From Candidatus Saccharimonadales bacterium (GTDB lineage: Bacteria > Patescibacteriota > Saccharimonadia > Saccharimonadales > UBA4665), in NCBI GenBank assembly GCA_035946175.1, contig DASYZQ010000008.1, forward strand, positions 1,177 to 65,176: 64,000 nt of DNA. The letters are read 5' to 3'. This document shows, in pieces, positions 47,901 to 57,175 of the stretch (position 1 is its first letter; each line of letters begins with the position of its first letter). The notes under the pieces were generated by a model, which did not search any database, was not told the origin of the DNA, and saw nothing but the letters and a program-made list of their open reading frames with translations. The translations under genes were made by a program, and so were the position numbers.

Positions 47901-49545
47901 TGGGGATAATGGCAATCCGCTCTTCAGGCAAATTATACATCTCACAAACAAAAGCTCGCTGATCCCTGGAGAATACGACTACACTGGCTGCATGTCTGAT
48001 CACCATCCTGATTACCGAGGCTTTGTAAACTTTAAAGAGCCAGCCCAAGGGGCCTGAAGGCTGCAAATCTAGGTGAAAGTGCACGATGTAGGGGATACCC
48101 CGCAACTTGGAGACCAACAGTACCAGTTCGGGATAAAAGGCTTGAGTAAGATGCAGATGAATAATCGAACGTTTCGGGATGCGGAAGATAGCTGGTATGA
48201 AGCCAGGTGCGAAGGGCGTGTGGGCGAATTCGAACGCCTTAAAGCGTGTTACTCTAAGGTGATCGCTATCCGCCGAAGCTATAGCTATGTCCGAAGTCAG
48301 CACTTGTATATCAAACCCACGTTCGGCCAGATTTTCGGACAATGATTGGGCAACCCGCTCCATACCACCCAGGTGGCTCGGATAATAGGGCGCCACCTGT
48401 ATCACCATAGGTGTACTCAACCTTGCGAACAGCTCTGCAGTATTATGAACCATGGTGGTGGTCGAGTATTTCCTATGCACCTCAGTTAAACTGTTTCGCG
48501 ATAGCTGCCGGCGCAGCGATTTGCTGCGAAATAGTTCAATTATTTTCTTGGCCAATTGCTGCGGATCGGCCGGTGCCGCCAGCAGCCCTGTTATCTTATC
48601 TTCGACAAGCGTATTCAGTGGCGGGAGATCGGCGACGATTACTGGCAAGGCTGCCCCCCAGGCCTCCAAAAGTACGGTTGGCAGAGCGTCGTTAGCTGTA
48701 TCGGGGTACAAAACGGCGGAGGAGGCGGAGGCTAAAAGATCCAGCTTTTGTCTTCCGGTCACCATGCCAACAAAGCGAACCAAGCGAGTAATGCCGAGTT
48801 GCTGGGCCTGGGCCTCATACTCGGCCCGCATGTCACCATCACCGGCGACCAGCAGTTCAATATCTGGTAAGACTTTTTGAGCAATAGCAACTGCTTCGAT
48901 CAGATAGCCAAGCCCTTTCCAGGCATGAGTATGGTCAAGCGTGGAGATGAAAATAATTCGATGATTACTATTATCAGATACGGCCTGCTTTGTGCTTTCG
49001 ATGTCAATGGCGTTATATATGACCTCCGTTTTTTGAGCGACCTTCTCCGAGAATTGTGACTTGACGTAGTCGGAAACAGTGACTACTTTTTGAGCCATTT
49101 TAAAGGTTTTCTTACCAAGCAATGCCTCATAAACCCGGATAACCATATTAGCGAATGGTGCATCTTTTTTATACAGTGTAGCAGCGTGGTTAGTGAGCAC
49201 GAAGGTCGTACCCTTACTGGCCCGTGCAGCCATATCGGCAAGAAATGGTACCGGAGTATGGGCATTTACCACATCAGGTTGCTCTTCCTTTATAATCCGC
49301 TTTAGAATGTAGTACCACCTAAAATCCATCGGCGTGTTAGAAACCTTACGCTTCCAGGGCAGACGAATAACCTGCAGACCTAGAATCTCTTCACGCTCTA
49401 TCCGCCGCGTGCCGGGCTTCGCAGCTGTACTGACAACTACTACATCATGCCCGCTCTTTTTCAGGCCCTGGGCCAGGTTCATCACATAAGTCTGCACACC
49501 GCCGACCGACGGATAGAAGTAAGGGCTAACGATCAAAATCTTCAT
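44971..49545 (-). CDS. 1524-aa fusion: GT4 + GT4 + large polytopic membrane domain (DUF2206/GT-C/polymerase-like?)
   Basis: Two GT-B starts (MKILIVSPYFYPSVGG and MVIQVAPYYPSHLGG), each with an E-x7-E region. From about aa 750 there are at least 18 hydrophobic segments, then a soluble tail. Confidence 0.8.
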   Translation of the reverse strand: MKILIVSPYFYPSVGGVQTYVMNLAQGLKKSGHDVVVVSTAAKPGTRRIEREEILGLQVIRLPWKRKVSNTPMDFRWYYILKRIIKEEQPDVVNAHTPVPFLADMAARASKGTTFVLTNHAATLYKKDAPFANMVIRVYEALLGKKTFKMAQKVVTVSDYVKSQFSEKVAQKTEVIYNAIDIESTKQAVSDNSNHRIIFISTLDHTHAWKGLGYLIEAVAIAQKVLPDIELLVAGDGDMRAEYEAQAQQLGITRLVRFVGMVTGRQKLDLLASASSAVLYPDTANDALPTVLLEAWGAALPVIVADLPPLNTLVEDKITGLLAAPADPQQLAKKIIELFRSKSLRRQLSRNSLTEVHRKYSTTTMVHNTAELFARLSTPMVIQVAPYYPSHLGGMERVAQSLSENLAERGFDIQVLTSDIAIASADSDHLRVTRFKAFEFAHTPFAPGFIPAIFRIPKRSIIHLHLTQAFYPELVLLVSKLRGIPYIVHFHLDLQPSGPLGWLFKVYKASVIRMVIRHAASVVVFSRDQRAFVCEMYNLPEERIAIIPNGVGQEYFLHPRRYVKGPRKLLYVGRLSPQKRVQLLIRAMSLLRTKAELTIVGDGEDGAELKALAAELRLTNVRFVGAKTPAKLLEYYKQADVFVLASEREGMPLVLLEAMAAGLPIVGANVIGIRELIRGVGELVHGDSGRAFADKLDALLPDSKKLHRLSVASFETAKQYSWQQLTDGFSTLYKKVRQAQIVTTQRLRLLAATTLVWTSFLLLGSRYDNTLGLLNIVGFLALIIVPGLLTHLSLNVGRRLPFWYRLGQIVGLSVLELMVWTLACNAILPYLGVGRPLARTPLLWELSAMYGLIASWSWYRLRIYNPQLHWRYLVPSKLDIAALLVPVSLIVLSAIGSTSLNNGGTDGFTLAMLLLMAGYMGALLLFRKRLQDNTIAWAIFMMSLALLLMTSLRGWYVTGHDIQREYRVFQIAKAQGIWNIGAFRDPYNACLSITILPTILSNLLHVRDPYVYKVFFQLIFATVPVLVYLFMRRYLSKAKAFIATIYFISFPTFFTDMPFLNRQEIAFLFLILMLLVVFDGRIAIRKRQWLFIVFALGMVLSHYSTTYSVVSILLFLGFARLILYPIVPKLRQWRRLRQSSIEGLGESSQLAKPNITIPMIILVSLLCFTWNTVLTNTSNAASSLIGQTISSFTTGLKEDARSADVLYSIFYSGSINPQKELREYQQSVVNKARSRAAGGVFYSNNTIHQYPVQVAPQTILPLTDLGRHIQKYGINVKTVDIMLKQAWARLLQVFVVVGLIFTAFKKKFNKSLEPEFFLLTAGCAVFVFAQVVLPYLSIAYGLLRAFQQSLMILGLFVMVGTFALSAWLRPHILRNMAPAALALLFFLASTSAISQLLGGYQPELQLNNSGQYYDVYYMHTTEVTAINWLSGLVHGNGSSVQAEVQTDRYAFREVTSLTNLSPRDDITPGLIRQKSYVYLGYTDSTKHQATFLYNGDLVTYTYPIQFLDNNKNLIYNNGGARVYQ

Positions 49546-51389
49546 GACCTACCCCCGGTGGTTTCAAGAGCCTCCTGAAGCAACCGATCTGTCTTATCTG
49601 CCTGCAAATGCCAGCTTAAGTGCCGCTCCGCCTTGTTGCGGCCCGCCCTGCCTAACTGTCGCGCCTTTTTAGGATGATCTAGCAGATAGATTATTTTCTC
49701 GGTTAAAACACGACTTTCAGCCGGAGCTATCAGATAGCCGGTACGGCCTTCATCAATAACGTTGGGCAGGCCACCGACCTTCGTGCCGATCACCGGTAAC
49801 CCAGAAGCCATGGCTTCCAAGACCACCATGCCAAATGATTCGTTGAGAGAAGGTAGCACAAAAACCGAAGCCTGACGGTAGACCGCTGCTAGCCCGTTGC
49901 CATGCTTGACGCCATGAAAATGGACATGCCCAGAAAGCCCAATCCTGTTGGCCAAATTCTTGAAATAGGCCTGGCCGTCGTCGGCACCAACCAGATGAAG
50001 CTTCGTCTTAGGATGCGTTTTTATGATCTCAGCCATTGCTCTTAGCAAATAGGAAACTCCTTTATGATTGTCCGAGCGCCTCAAGCTGCCCACATACAGA
50101 ACAGTATACTGAGGCAAGTCCTTAGCAGGTGAAAACTGATCAATATCGACCCCGGGGCTGATAGTCCGCGACTTATCTTTAAAAGCTTTCAGAGATTCCC
50201 GCACGATGTCCGAGGGGCAAATGATGCGTACCGCGCTTCTAAGGGTCATAGGTAGTACATGGTGCTCATAGAGCCCGATCAGCCAGTCAGTTTTTAGTTT
50301 GTGCTTCTTCATACTAAGCATATGATACGTAATAACCACCGGAGTTCGTCGAGCAATGCGTATAGCCACATCGGCAAACAACGGTACAGGCGCATGGGCG
50401 TTAATAATTGTCACATTCTCATGCTTGATAATCCGCCGTAGTTGTAATGGCCATAGCGGGCTAAACGGAGTATTTGAAATTTTGATCCAGTAGGGAAGAC
50501 GATAAACAGTCAACCCAGCGTAGGCGGTTTTTGCAGGACGTAGGCCCCGCCTACCCGATGTTGCGACGCATACTGACCATCCATACTTACTTTTGAGTTG
50601 TTTGGCGATATTATATGCATAATATTCTTGGCCCCCTGCATGTGGTGGAAAGTATGGAGCAGCTATAAGAAGCCGCTTTGGCCGATAGTTCGGCAACTCA
50701 CCATTAGTAGCATATAGGGCTCGCTTCCGGCCCCCAATGTATCGCAGTACATTTTCAAGTTTTTCCCAGTCTTTGTGCTTATCTATCTCCCAGGAATGGC
50801 CCCACAAATGGAATATGCCGCCTTCCTTTATCACGCGATCAAACATGGCTTTGGCGAGATTATCCCACTGGAAGTAGCGAATCGTCTTTACAGGGCTAAA
50901 TCCGGCAAAGCGGGCGATCTTCCACAAATCCTGAAAGTGGTTATAGGTATTAACTGTTGTATCTGCTTCAAGCAGCGAGCCTTTCAAATTAAATGAATGT
51001 CGACGTATGCTACGTGCATAGGTAAAGCCAGCCGCCCCAACCATTGCCACATGTCGTGCTTCGTAATTGCCGCCCGGATAGCAAAAGCTGGTAAGCTTGG
51101 ATTTTGTCAAATGCTCCAAATACTTTTTTGATTCGACGATCTCTCTTTTGGCCTGGCTATCGGAGAGCTGAGGCAAACGTGGATGTGTCATAGTATGCGC
51201 CCCGATCTCAAAATCCTTACTAATAGCTCTTATATCTTCATCCTGCAGACGATCATGAGCTGCAAATTCTCTATCTCTCGGGGAGATATAAAATGTACCC
51301 TTTATATTATATTTCCGAAGCAATGCCGCAAGACGCATATCAAGCTTATGCCCATCATCCCAGCTCGTAGTAATGAGTACTTGCTTCAT
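49542..51389 (-). CDS. fusion: polysaccharide deacetylase (CE4/NodB) + GT4 glycosyltransferase
   Basis: N-terminal TTSWDDGH and GAHTMTHP motifs. C-terminal PYFPPHAGG and ESFGMVVLEAMASGLPVI motifs. ATG 51389 is preferred over TTG 51395. Confidence 0.85.
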   Translation of the reverse strand: MKQVLITTSWDDGHKLDMRLAALLRKYNIKGTFYISPRDREFAAHDRLQDEDIRAISKDFEIGAHTMTHPRLPQLSDSQAKREIVESKKYLEHLTKSKLTSFCYPGGNYEARHVAMVGAAGFTYARSIRRHSFNLKGSLLEADTTVNTYNHFQDLWKIARFAGFSPVKTIRYFQWDNLAKAMFDRVIKEGGIFHLWGHSWEIDKHKDWEKLENVLRYIGGRKRALYATNGELPNYRPKRLLIAAPYFPPHAGGQEYYAYNIAKQLKSKYGWSVCVATSGRRGLRPAKTAYAGLTVYRLPYWIKISNTPFSPLWPLQLRRIIKHENVTIINAHAPVPLFADVAIRIARRTPVVITYHMLSMKKHKLKTDWLIGLYEHHVLPMTLRSAVRIICPSDIVRESLKAFKDKSRTISPGVDIDQFSPAKDLPQYTVLYVGSLRRSDNHKGVSYLLRAMAEIIKTHPKTKLHLVGADDGQAYFKNLANRIGLSGHVHFHGVKHGNGLAAVYRQASVFVLPSLNESFGMVVLEAMASGLPVIGTKVGGLPNVIDEGRTGYLIAPAESRVLTEKIIYLLDHPKKARQLGRAGRNKAERHLSWHLQADKTDRLLQEALETTGGRS

Positions 51390-51397
51390 GATCAACC

Positions 51398-52552
51398 CTA
51401 CCCCTCGCTAATAACTTCATCATACAACTTGTTAAGTCGTCGGATAACACCCGGCCAAGCAAAATAGCTATTGGCATAGGCGAGCGAATATTCACTCATT
51501 TCTTTATATCGCTTATCGTCTTTAATAATTGAGGCCAATGCATCTTTGATGACTACAGGGCTACGATCCTCAAGCAACCAGACAAGCCCCTTTTGTAAGT
51601 TATACCTTTTATATCCTTCGTCGTCCTTCATGACGACCGGTAGCCCCGACGCCATAGCCTCCTGCACGCTCAGCGGAAAGCCCTCTCCTTCGGAAGGCAG
51701 CGCGAATATGTCGGCCGCCCGATATACTTCGGCGAGCTTATGCTGAGGTAGTTCGCCTAGAAACGCTAGATCATTGCTGTTTTTACGCTTTGTCGTACCG
51801 CCTACAAAAACGAGCTGGTATAACTCACTGCTGGAGGCAAGCAACTGATCGAAACCTTTTTTCGGCACATACCGCCCGACGAAAAGGACAATTGGCCTAT
51901 CTTGTGACAAGCTATACTTTTTACGGATAGAATCCCTTTCTTGATCTGCTGCCGGGCGAAATAACTCCGTATCGACACCATTCGGCAACTGTACAATTTT
52001 GGCGGAGTTGACCCTATGGGCGATCAGGAAGGCCTCTACCCGATCGTTCAATGTCAGTATGCGGCTACTGAAACGGAAGACTCCTGCGCCGGTCGTAGCA
52101 TATACTGCCTTCTCAATAAGATTAACCAACTTACTACTATGGGGAATGAGTGCCACATGCTGTGTGAGAACAACGGGTTTCTTAGATAGTCTGGCAGCGA
52201 CCAGGGCTACAAGTGAGGAAAGGTAAAATGCATCATGAATATGCACAATGTCAGCCTGCTTAGCTTCTTTAATCAGGACCCCCAAAAGCCGGGGGGAAAA
52301 TACAGGGAAAGGGATACCCTGCTTTTGCAAACCATTCCAGGCTTTCACCCTAATAACTCGCACGCCGTCCGCTATCGTGCTCTTCTCGCCAGGCGAGACG
52401 CTACTTGTTACCACTGCCACCGTACACCCCGCGGTGGCCAGATATTTCGCCTGATGTTGGGCAACATATTCTATTCCGCCTAGATGAGGTGGGTAATAGT
52501 GACTTACGATGAGCACCTTCCGGGATCTTTTTCGCGTGGCAGTAGCCGTCAT
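51398..52552 (-). CDS. GT4 glycosyltransferase
   Basis: SHYYPPHLGG and EGFPLSVQEAMASGLPVV motifs. Confidence 0.85.
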   Translation of the reverse strand: MTATATRKRSRKVLIVSHYYPPHLGGIEYVAQHQAKYLATAGCTVAVVTSSVSPGEKSTIADGVRVIRVKAWNGLQKQGIPFPVFSPRLLGVLIKEAKQADIVHIHDAFYLSSLVALVAARLSKKPVVLTQHVALIPHSSKLVNLIEKAVYATTGAGVFRFSSRILTLNDRVEAFLIAHRVNSAKIVQLPNGVDTELFRPAADQERDSIRKKYSLSQDRPIVLFVGRYVPKKGFDQLLASSSELYQLVFVGGTTKRKNSNDLAFLGELPQHKLAEVYRAADIFALPSEGEGFPLSVQEAMASGLPVVMKDDEGYKRYNLQKGLVWLLEDRSPVVIKDALASIIKDDKRYKEMSEYSLAYANSYFAWPGVIRRLNKLYDEVISEG

Positions 52553-52559
52553 AGCGTCC

Positions 52560-53282
52560 TCAACCTGCGGAGTCAGACCCAGTATCTAGTTCAGGCCGTG
52601 CATTGCTAGCCGATAGACGCTTCTTGAAGAGTTCAGACATGGTCCGCCAAGCATCGACCACCGATAATTTTACCTCCCCAACTCGTTGTCGGTAGACAAT
52701 AGGTACTTCTGCACAACGAAAGCCTTTCAGAAAAGCCTCTACCTTTATCTCTTGGGAGAAGGGCATACCATTGTGCTTGACTTCAAGGTGCTGCCATACT
52801 GTTCGTCTGAATATCCACATGCCTGATTGAGAATCTCTAAACGGTGTGCGAAATAGTATACGCATTGTCAGACTCAGCACGTAGTTCCCGAATATATGCG
52901 TCGGCTGCATGGCGCGGGGGTAGAGCTTGCTCAGACGATTAGTGGTTATGAAATCCAGATCCTCAGCATGCAGCTTAGCCAAAATTTCGGGCAATGCATC
53001 AAACGGATATGTCGTGTCCGCGTCACCTGTAGCAATAATGTCACCCTGAGCATTTTCAAAACCTGCCTTATATGCATTCCCGTAGCCTCGCTTTGGTTGA
53101 TAGACAACTCGTGCTCCGTGGGCACGAGCAATTTTGGCTGTAAGATCTGATGAAGCATTATCAACAACAAGCTTTTCAACTTCATAACCGGCCGTTCGTA
53201 GAGCTTCTATAGGTATACTGTCTAGAGTCGGGCCAATGCCATCTTCTTCGTTATATGCAGGGATGACAATAGTAATCTTCAT
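52560..53282 (-). CDS. GT2 glycosyltransferase (Dol-P/polyprenyl-P sugar synthase-like, soluble)
   Basis: IVIPAYNEEDGI, VVDNASSD and TGDADTTY motifs. Confidence 0.85.
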   Translation of the reverse strand: MKITIVIPAYNEEDGIGPTLDSIPIEALRTAGYEVEKLVVDNASSDLTAKIARAHGARVVYQPKRGYGNAYKAGFENAQGDIIATGDADTTYPFDALPEILAKLHAEDLDFITTNRLSKLYPRAMQPTHIFGNYVLSLTMRILFRTPFRDSQSGMWIFRRTVWQHLEVKHNGMPFSQEIKVEAFLKGFRCAEVPIVYRQRVGEVKLSVVDAWRTMSELFKKRLSASNARPELDTGSDSAG

Positions 53283-53758
53283 TTCTCTACATCCACCCAG
53301 AAATGAATAGCTTCTGGCATATCAATTAATTGCACGTTCAGTTCACTACGGCCGGTGGTCACCGGTACCGTGATAGTATCCCTTAGACTGACTGTTTTAC
53401 CATTTGGTAGTGCCACTTGGTGCTGGCCCAGTTCTGTTCCGCTACCTTGAGCATCTACAAAAGTGGTGCGGTAGGTATATACCATATCCTTTGCTTCAAG
53501 ATTGTTGATAGTGAAGCCGACCGAAAGTGACTGTCCGGCCTTGGTGACAAGAGGCAGAGTAGTAGGGTCGGTGAAGTACAGTTCGGTTAAACGTTCAGGC
53601 TGGTGTGTCGTTGCGTTTACAAATGTTTGAGTATTTCTGGCCCAATTGAGAAAAACGGCTATACCGATAAATAAAAAGATAGCTACTAACGCGTAGAGAA
53701 TTTTAGCCATAGTATGGTTATCCCGAATAGCCATTTTTGCCTTCTGGTTACTACCCAT
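53279..53758 (-). CDS. TM-anchored beta-rich protein (DUF1616-like?), first gene of the minus-strand glycan operon
   Basis: 159 aa with one TM helix, then LYFTDP...FTINNLE. ATGA overlap with the GT2 gene. Confidence 0.45.
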   Translation of the reverse strand: MGSNQKAKMAIRDNHTMAKILYALVAIFLFIGIAVFLNWARNTQTFVNATTHQPERLTELYFTDPTTLPLVTKAGQSLSVGFTINNLEAKDMVYTYRTTFVDAQGSGTELGQHQVALPNGKTVSLRDTITVPVTTGRSELNVQLIDMPEAIHFWVDVEK

Positions 53759-53916
53759 GGTTACGCAACGACACCAGCTAACAAGTTCACTGGTTATGTC
53801 TGATATACAATACTATAAATGCACATAAACGGCAAACGAATGTTGTTATGATGCATTCCGTTACGATATTCTGCTTTTTTGTAAGGCTTTGTAAGGTGAG
53901 GTGATCTCTTGGCGCA

Positions 53917-54609
53917 TTACACTTTCATAAAATGAAAAAACTGCCCCCGGCCAGTGTTTGGCAGTGCCGAACTGGGCAGGTATGCAACTGTGGCTGCCGC
54001 ATAGGCTGCTCCAGCAGTCCAGGACCAACTATTGTTAAACGTACCAGTCGATGAAGCAATTTGGTAGCCAACATCCATATCCGCGGTTATCGAGCTGGTA
54101 TCCTGCCTGGTGTAGCCGGCTGGAGATGTAATGGTCTCGCTCGTACCGCCACCGATAGCTACACCAGTAATAATCAGATCGGCTGGGCGGGTAGTAGATG
54201 CAGATAGTGCACAGACAGAAGACGTATTGGTAGTAGTCGAGGAGTTGGTACCGGCCCGATCAACCACAAAACCCGAGCTTGGCAGACCAGAGAACTCCAT
54301 TGTAATCATACCGTTGTTATTGATACTGGCGCTCCAATTAAGGGTCAGGTGGGCCGTGCTCCCGTACGCATTTAAGACCTGGGTGTGGGCAATATAGATG
54401 CCCGGGCCTGAAGCAAATGCGGAAGCGTCGGTCACCCAGCTGTTGCCCGCGGGATCGGTTATAGACGTAAGGGTACCGGCCCCACCTGACTTGATGACAG
54501 CGATGAGCATATTACCTACGCTGGGCCTGGTATTAATTGGTACTATAGTAGTTGTTCCACCCGAGCTGCCAGTCCACGTATTTGTTGTCTGGGTTACGTA
54601 GCTAATCAC
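53917..54609 (-). CDS. Ser/Thr/Gly-rich beta-sandwich-like hypothetical protein
   Basis: 230 aa. GTG start 3 nt after the stop of the tailspike-like gene. Confidence 0.5.
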   Translation of the reverse strand: MISYVTQTTNTWTGSSGGTTTIVPINTRPSVGNMLIAVIKSGGAGTLTSITDPAGNSWVTDASAFASGPGIYIAHTQVLNAYGSTAHLTLNWSASINNNGMITMEFSGLPSSGFVVDRAGTNSSTTTNTSSVCALSASTTRPADLIITGVAIGGGTSETITSPAGYTRQDTSSITADMDVGYQIASSTGTFNNSWSWTAGAAYAAATVAYLPSSALPNTGRGQFFHFMKV

Positions 54610-54612
54610 GTT

Positions 54613-56562
54613 TTAGTACCCTGTCGCATCCAATGCCAACAGTACCCAGACCGCCTTGGCGGCGTTGTACTGAAAACCGAAGGTGGTTGTTAAATTAGCC
54701 GGCTGGGCACCGGTCGGTAAGGTGCAAATACCGCTGGATATGTAGGCCATATTCCAGCTCGGCGCAAAACCAGTCGTACCGCTGACAATGCGAAGTATCA
54801 GCGTCTGGCCATCAATCGGAGTACCTGTCGGAGCAGCCACGGTAAAGTTAGCACTAGGGCCTGAAATTATAGCTATATCTGTCGTATCACCGTTCGGGGT
54901 GTAGATGTTAACAACAGCGGTTAGAGTAGTAGAACGGACTGCTCGCATATTTTGCCAGCCCCCATTAATCCGAGCATACAGACGGGTATCAGTTGTATCG
55001 AGCGCCAGCGTACCGTTCAGCGGCGTGTGGGCAAATGAGCTATCGCTAACTGCACCAGCAATTTGGCGTAAAGGTTGGCTACCGGAAAAAGCCGGCAGCG
55101 TTCCGGTGTATTGGGTGCCGATGCTACCGACGCAGTTCTCGAAGGTAACGTCTCCAGCGCCACCGCTGAAAAAGACATGTGCACTACCTGGAACGGTATT
55201 ATAGTGGCCCCTTACATTACGTACCACGGTGTCCACATCGGTATAGACGTTAACCCCAATCCAGACAGTGTTTATTGAACCGTTGGCTATATGCACATTC
55301 TCCAGCACCGAGGCTGAGGTCGCCGCCCAGTGAATAAGTGTCTGGTTCGTCGAGAACCCGGTACCGAAAGCTCCGGCATATACATACAACCCGTCAACCA
55401 GAATCTGAAAGGTTCCGGCGTTAACCTTAAAGAACGGGCCACCAAGTATAGAGTGTGTCTCCATCTTGCAGTCAACGAAATACAGACCATTCGGGTTATT
55501 CGTATTATTGATCCCCTGGGATATCCATATGGCACCGACAGTGAAGCCTTCGAAGCGGCATGATTTGAAATGTATTTGGTTGACTGAATCAGAGCTAAAA
55601 CCGAAGCCCGCACCAGCGGCGCTGTTTCGTAGTTGCACGTTCGGTGTGGTAGTGCCTATGCCTCCGCCGCAACTCTCGATGACAATATTATCAAAACGTG
55701 AGTCCCAGAACTCGGCAGTATCGATACAAACATCAAGGTTCCCGTTTATATACACATCCTGAAAGGTCAGGTTATCGCAGTAATAGAGCTGCAAGATTAA
55801 GCCGGTCGTATTGTTACCCAGCAGCCCTAGCTCTCTGATACCGCAGTACTTGACGTGCGTAGCGCCGCTAATATCCGAGGAAGAACCCGACATGCTCAGC
55901 ATGATACCGTTGCCATTCTTTTTGAGCACGCTCGCTTTGCGATCTGCCCCAACCAAAAGAGTATTTGCACCCGTAATGCTTAGAGCCGGGGCAGAGGTAG
56001 GCGTAACCAGGTACGTTCCGGCCGGAAAGTAGACGACACCACCACCGGCAGTCTGAACGACATTGATTGCCGATTGTATGGAGGCGGTATCATCAGTCGA
56101 GCCATCACCCTTGGCACCATAGTCTTTGACGTTGAAGACGAGATCTCCTTTATGAACCGCGTTCGTATCAGCCAAAGTGCCCCAGCTGGCAGCACTGCTG
56201 GCGGTCGCTACTAAAGCCTGACCGGATGAAGGTATCCCACTCACGCTAATGCCATTGAGCTTGGTTACTGTGGGGTTGGGATAGCTGCCGGATAGGTCGC
56301 CACCAGCTGCCTGATTGCCAGCCATGACCGTACCGGCCGCGGTGCCTACGTTTTGGGTAGCAGCCGTACCCAGTCCTAAGTTGCTTCTCGCACTACTGAC
56401 ACTACCGATGTCGCTAAGATTGTTGCTGGCAATAAGCGCACCGACTTCAGTAAGAGCGGTACTACTAAGTGTGCCGTCGGCATTATGGGACACGCTGAGA
56501 TAATCATTGAGGATGTTACCCCAGACATTGTCATCCGAGCCGGGGAGGGGAAGTCGCGACAT
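54613..56562 (-). CDS. phage tailspike / pectate-lyase-3-like right-handed beta-helix protein (putative glycan depolymerase)
   Basis: FNVKDYGAKGDGSTDDTASIQSAIN is the Pectate_lyase_3 signature. The N-terminal LPLPGSDDNVWGNILNDYL and GDLSGSYPNPTV are tail-fibre-like. SD AAGGAAAA. Confidence 0.75.
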   Translation of the reverse strand: MSRLPLPGSDDNVWGNILNDYLSVSHNADGTLSSTALTEVGALIASNNLSDIGSVSSARSNLGLGTAATQNVGTAAGTVMAGNQAAGGDLSGSYPNPTVTKLNGISVSGIPSSGQALVATASSAASWGTLADTNAVHKGDLVFNVKDYGAKGDGSTDDTASIQSAINVVQTAGGGVVYFPAGTYLVTPTSAPALSITGANTLLVGADRKASVLKKNGNGIMLSMSGSSSDISGATHVKYCGIRELGLLGNNTTGLILQLYYCDNLTFQDVYINGNLDVCIDTAEFWDSRFDNIVIESCGGGIGTTTPNVQLRNSAAGAGFGFSSDSVNQIHFKSCRFEGFTVGAIWISQGINNTNNPNGLYFVDCKMETHSILGGPFFKVNAGTFQILVDGLYVYAGAFGTGFSTNQTLIHWAATSASVLENVHIANGSINTVWIGVNVYTDVDTVVRNVRGHYNTVPGSAHVFFSGGAGDVTFENCVGSIGTQYTGTLPAFSGSQPLRQIAGAVSDSSFAHTPLNGTLALDTTDTRLYARINGGWQNMRAVRSTTLTAVVNIYTPNGDTTDIAIISGPSANFTVAAPTGTPIDGQTLILRIVSGTTGFAPSWNMAYISSGICTLPTGAQPANLTTTFGFQYNAAKAVWVLLALDATGY

Positions 56563-56741
56563 GCAGATTTTCCTTATGTATCAGGAGCAATACACCTCAT
56601 GAGTAAGGGTGGCAGCTATATGCAACCTGCGCCTGACGCGCCCATGCTAACGCTGGTTCCCCCTAACTGCAAGCGGCAACAACCTCTGCAGACGTTGTAT
56701 TTTTGTATGATATACCCCAAGCGACGTATACTGAAAGCTAT

Positions 56742-57164
56742 ATGCTACAACGTTTTGATGGTTTCAATTATTTCCTGCGCCTGGATAGCAGTGAGCGGCT
56801 TAGTGAGGCGCTGGAACAATTTGCCGCCGAAGCAAAACCTGCTGGCGGCTGGTTAAACGGTCTTGGTACGGCTTCCGAGGCTACGCTCGGTTTTTATGGT
56901 CTGGAAAACAAATCCTACCACTGGCAAATCATTTCACGCCCCATGGAAGTGGTCTCACTGACTGGCAACCTGGCGCTGGATGAGACAGGCAAGCCGGTAT
57001 ACCACCTACACGGTGTATTGGCAGGTGATGATTACCAAACTATTGGCGGCCATATTAAGGACCTCGTTGTCGGCGCCACGCTGGAGCTCTTTGTGCACCG
57101 GGCCTACCAGCCGCTGCAACGACACTCAGATAAATCGCTCGGGCTGCAGACTTTAGCCCTCTAA
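56742..57164 (+). CDS. PPC (DUF296) domain protein
   Basis: MLQRFDGFNYFLRLD...VVSLTGNL...HLHGVLAGDDYQTIGGHI matches the PPC fold family. TATACT lies 9 nt before the ATG. Confidence 0.7.
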   Translation: MLQRFDGFNYFLRLDSSERLSEALEQFAAEAKPAGGWLNGLGTASEATLGFYGLENKSYHWQIISRPMEVVSLTGNLALDETGKPVYHLHGVLAGDDYQTIGGHIKDLVVGATLELFVHRAYQPLQRHSDKSLGLQTLAL

Positions 57165-57175
57165 GAAAGCCAGCT

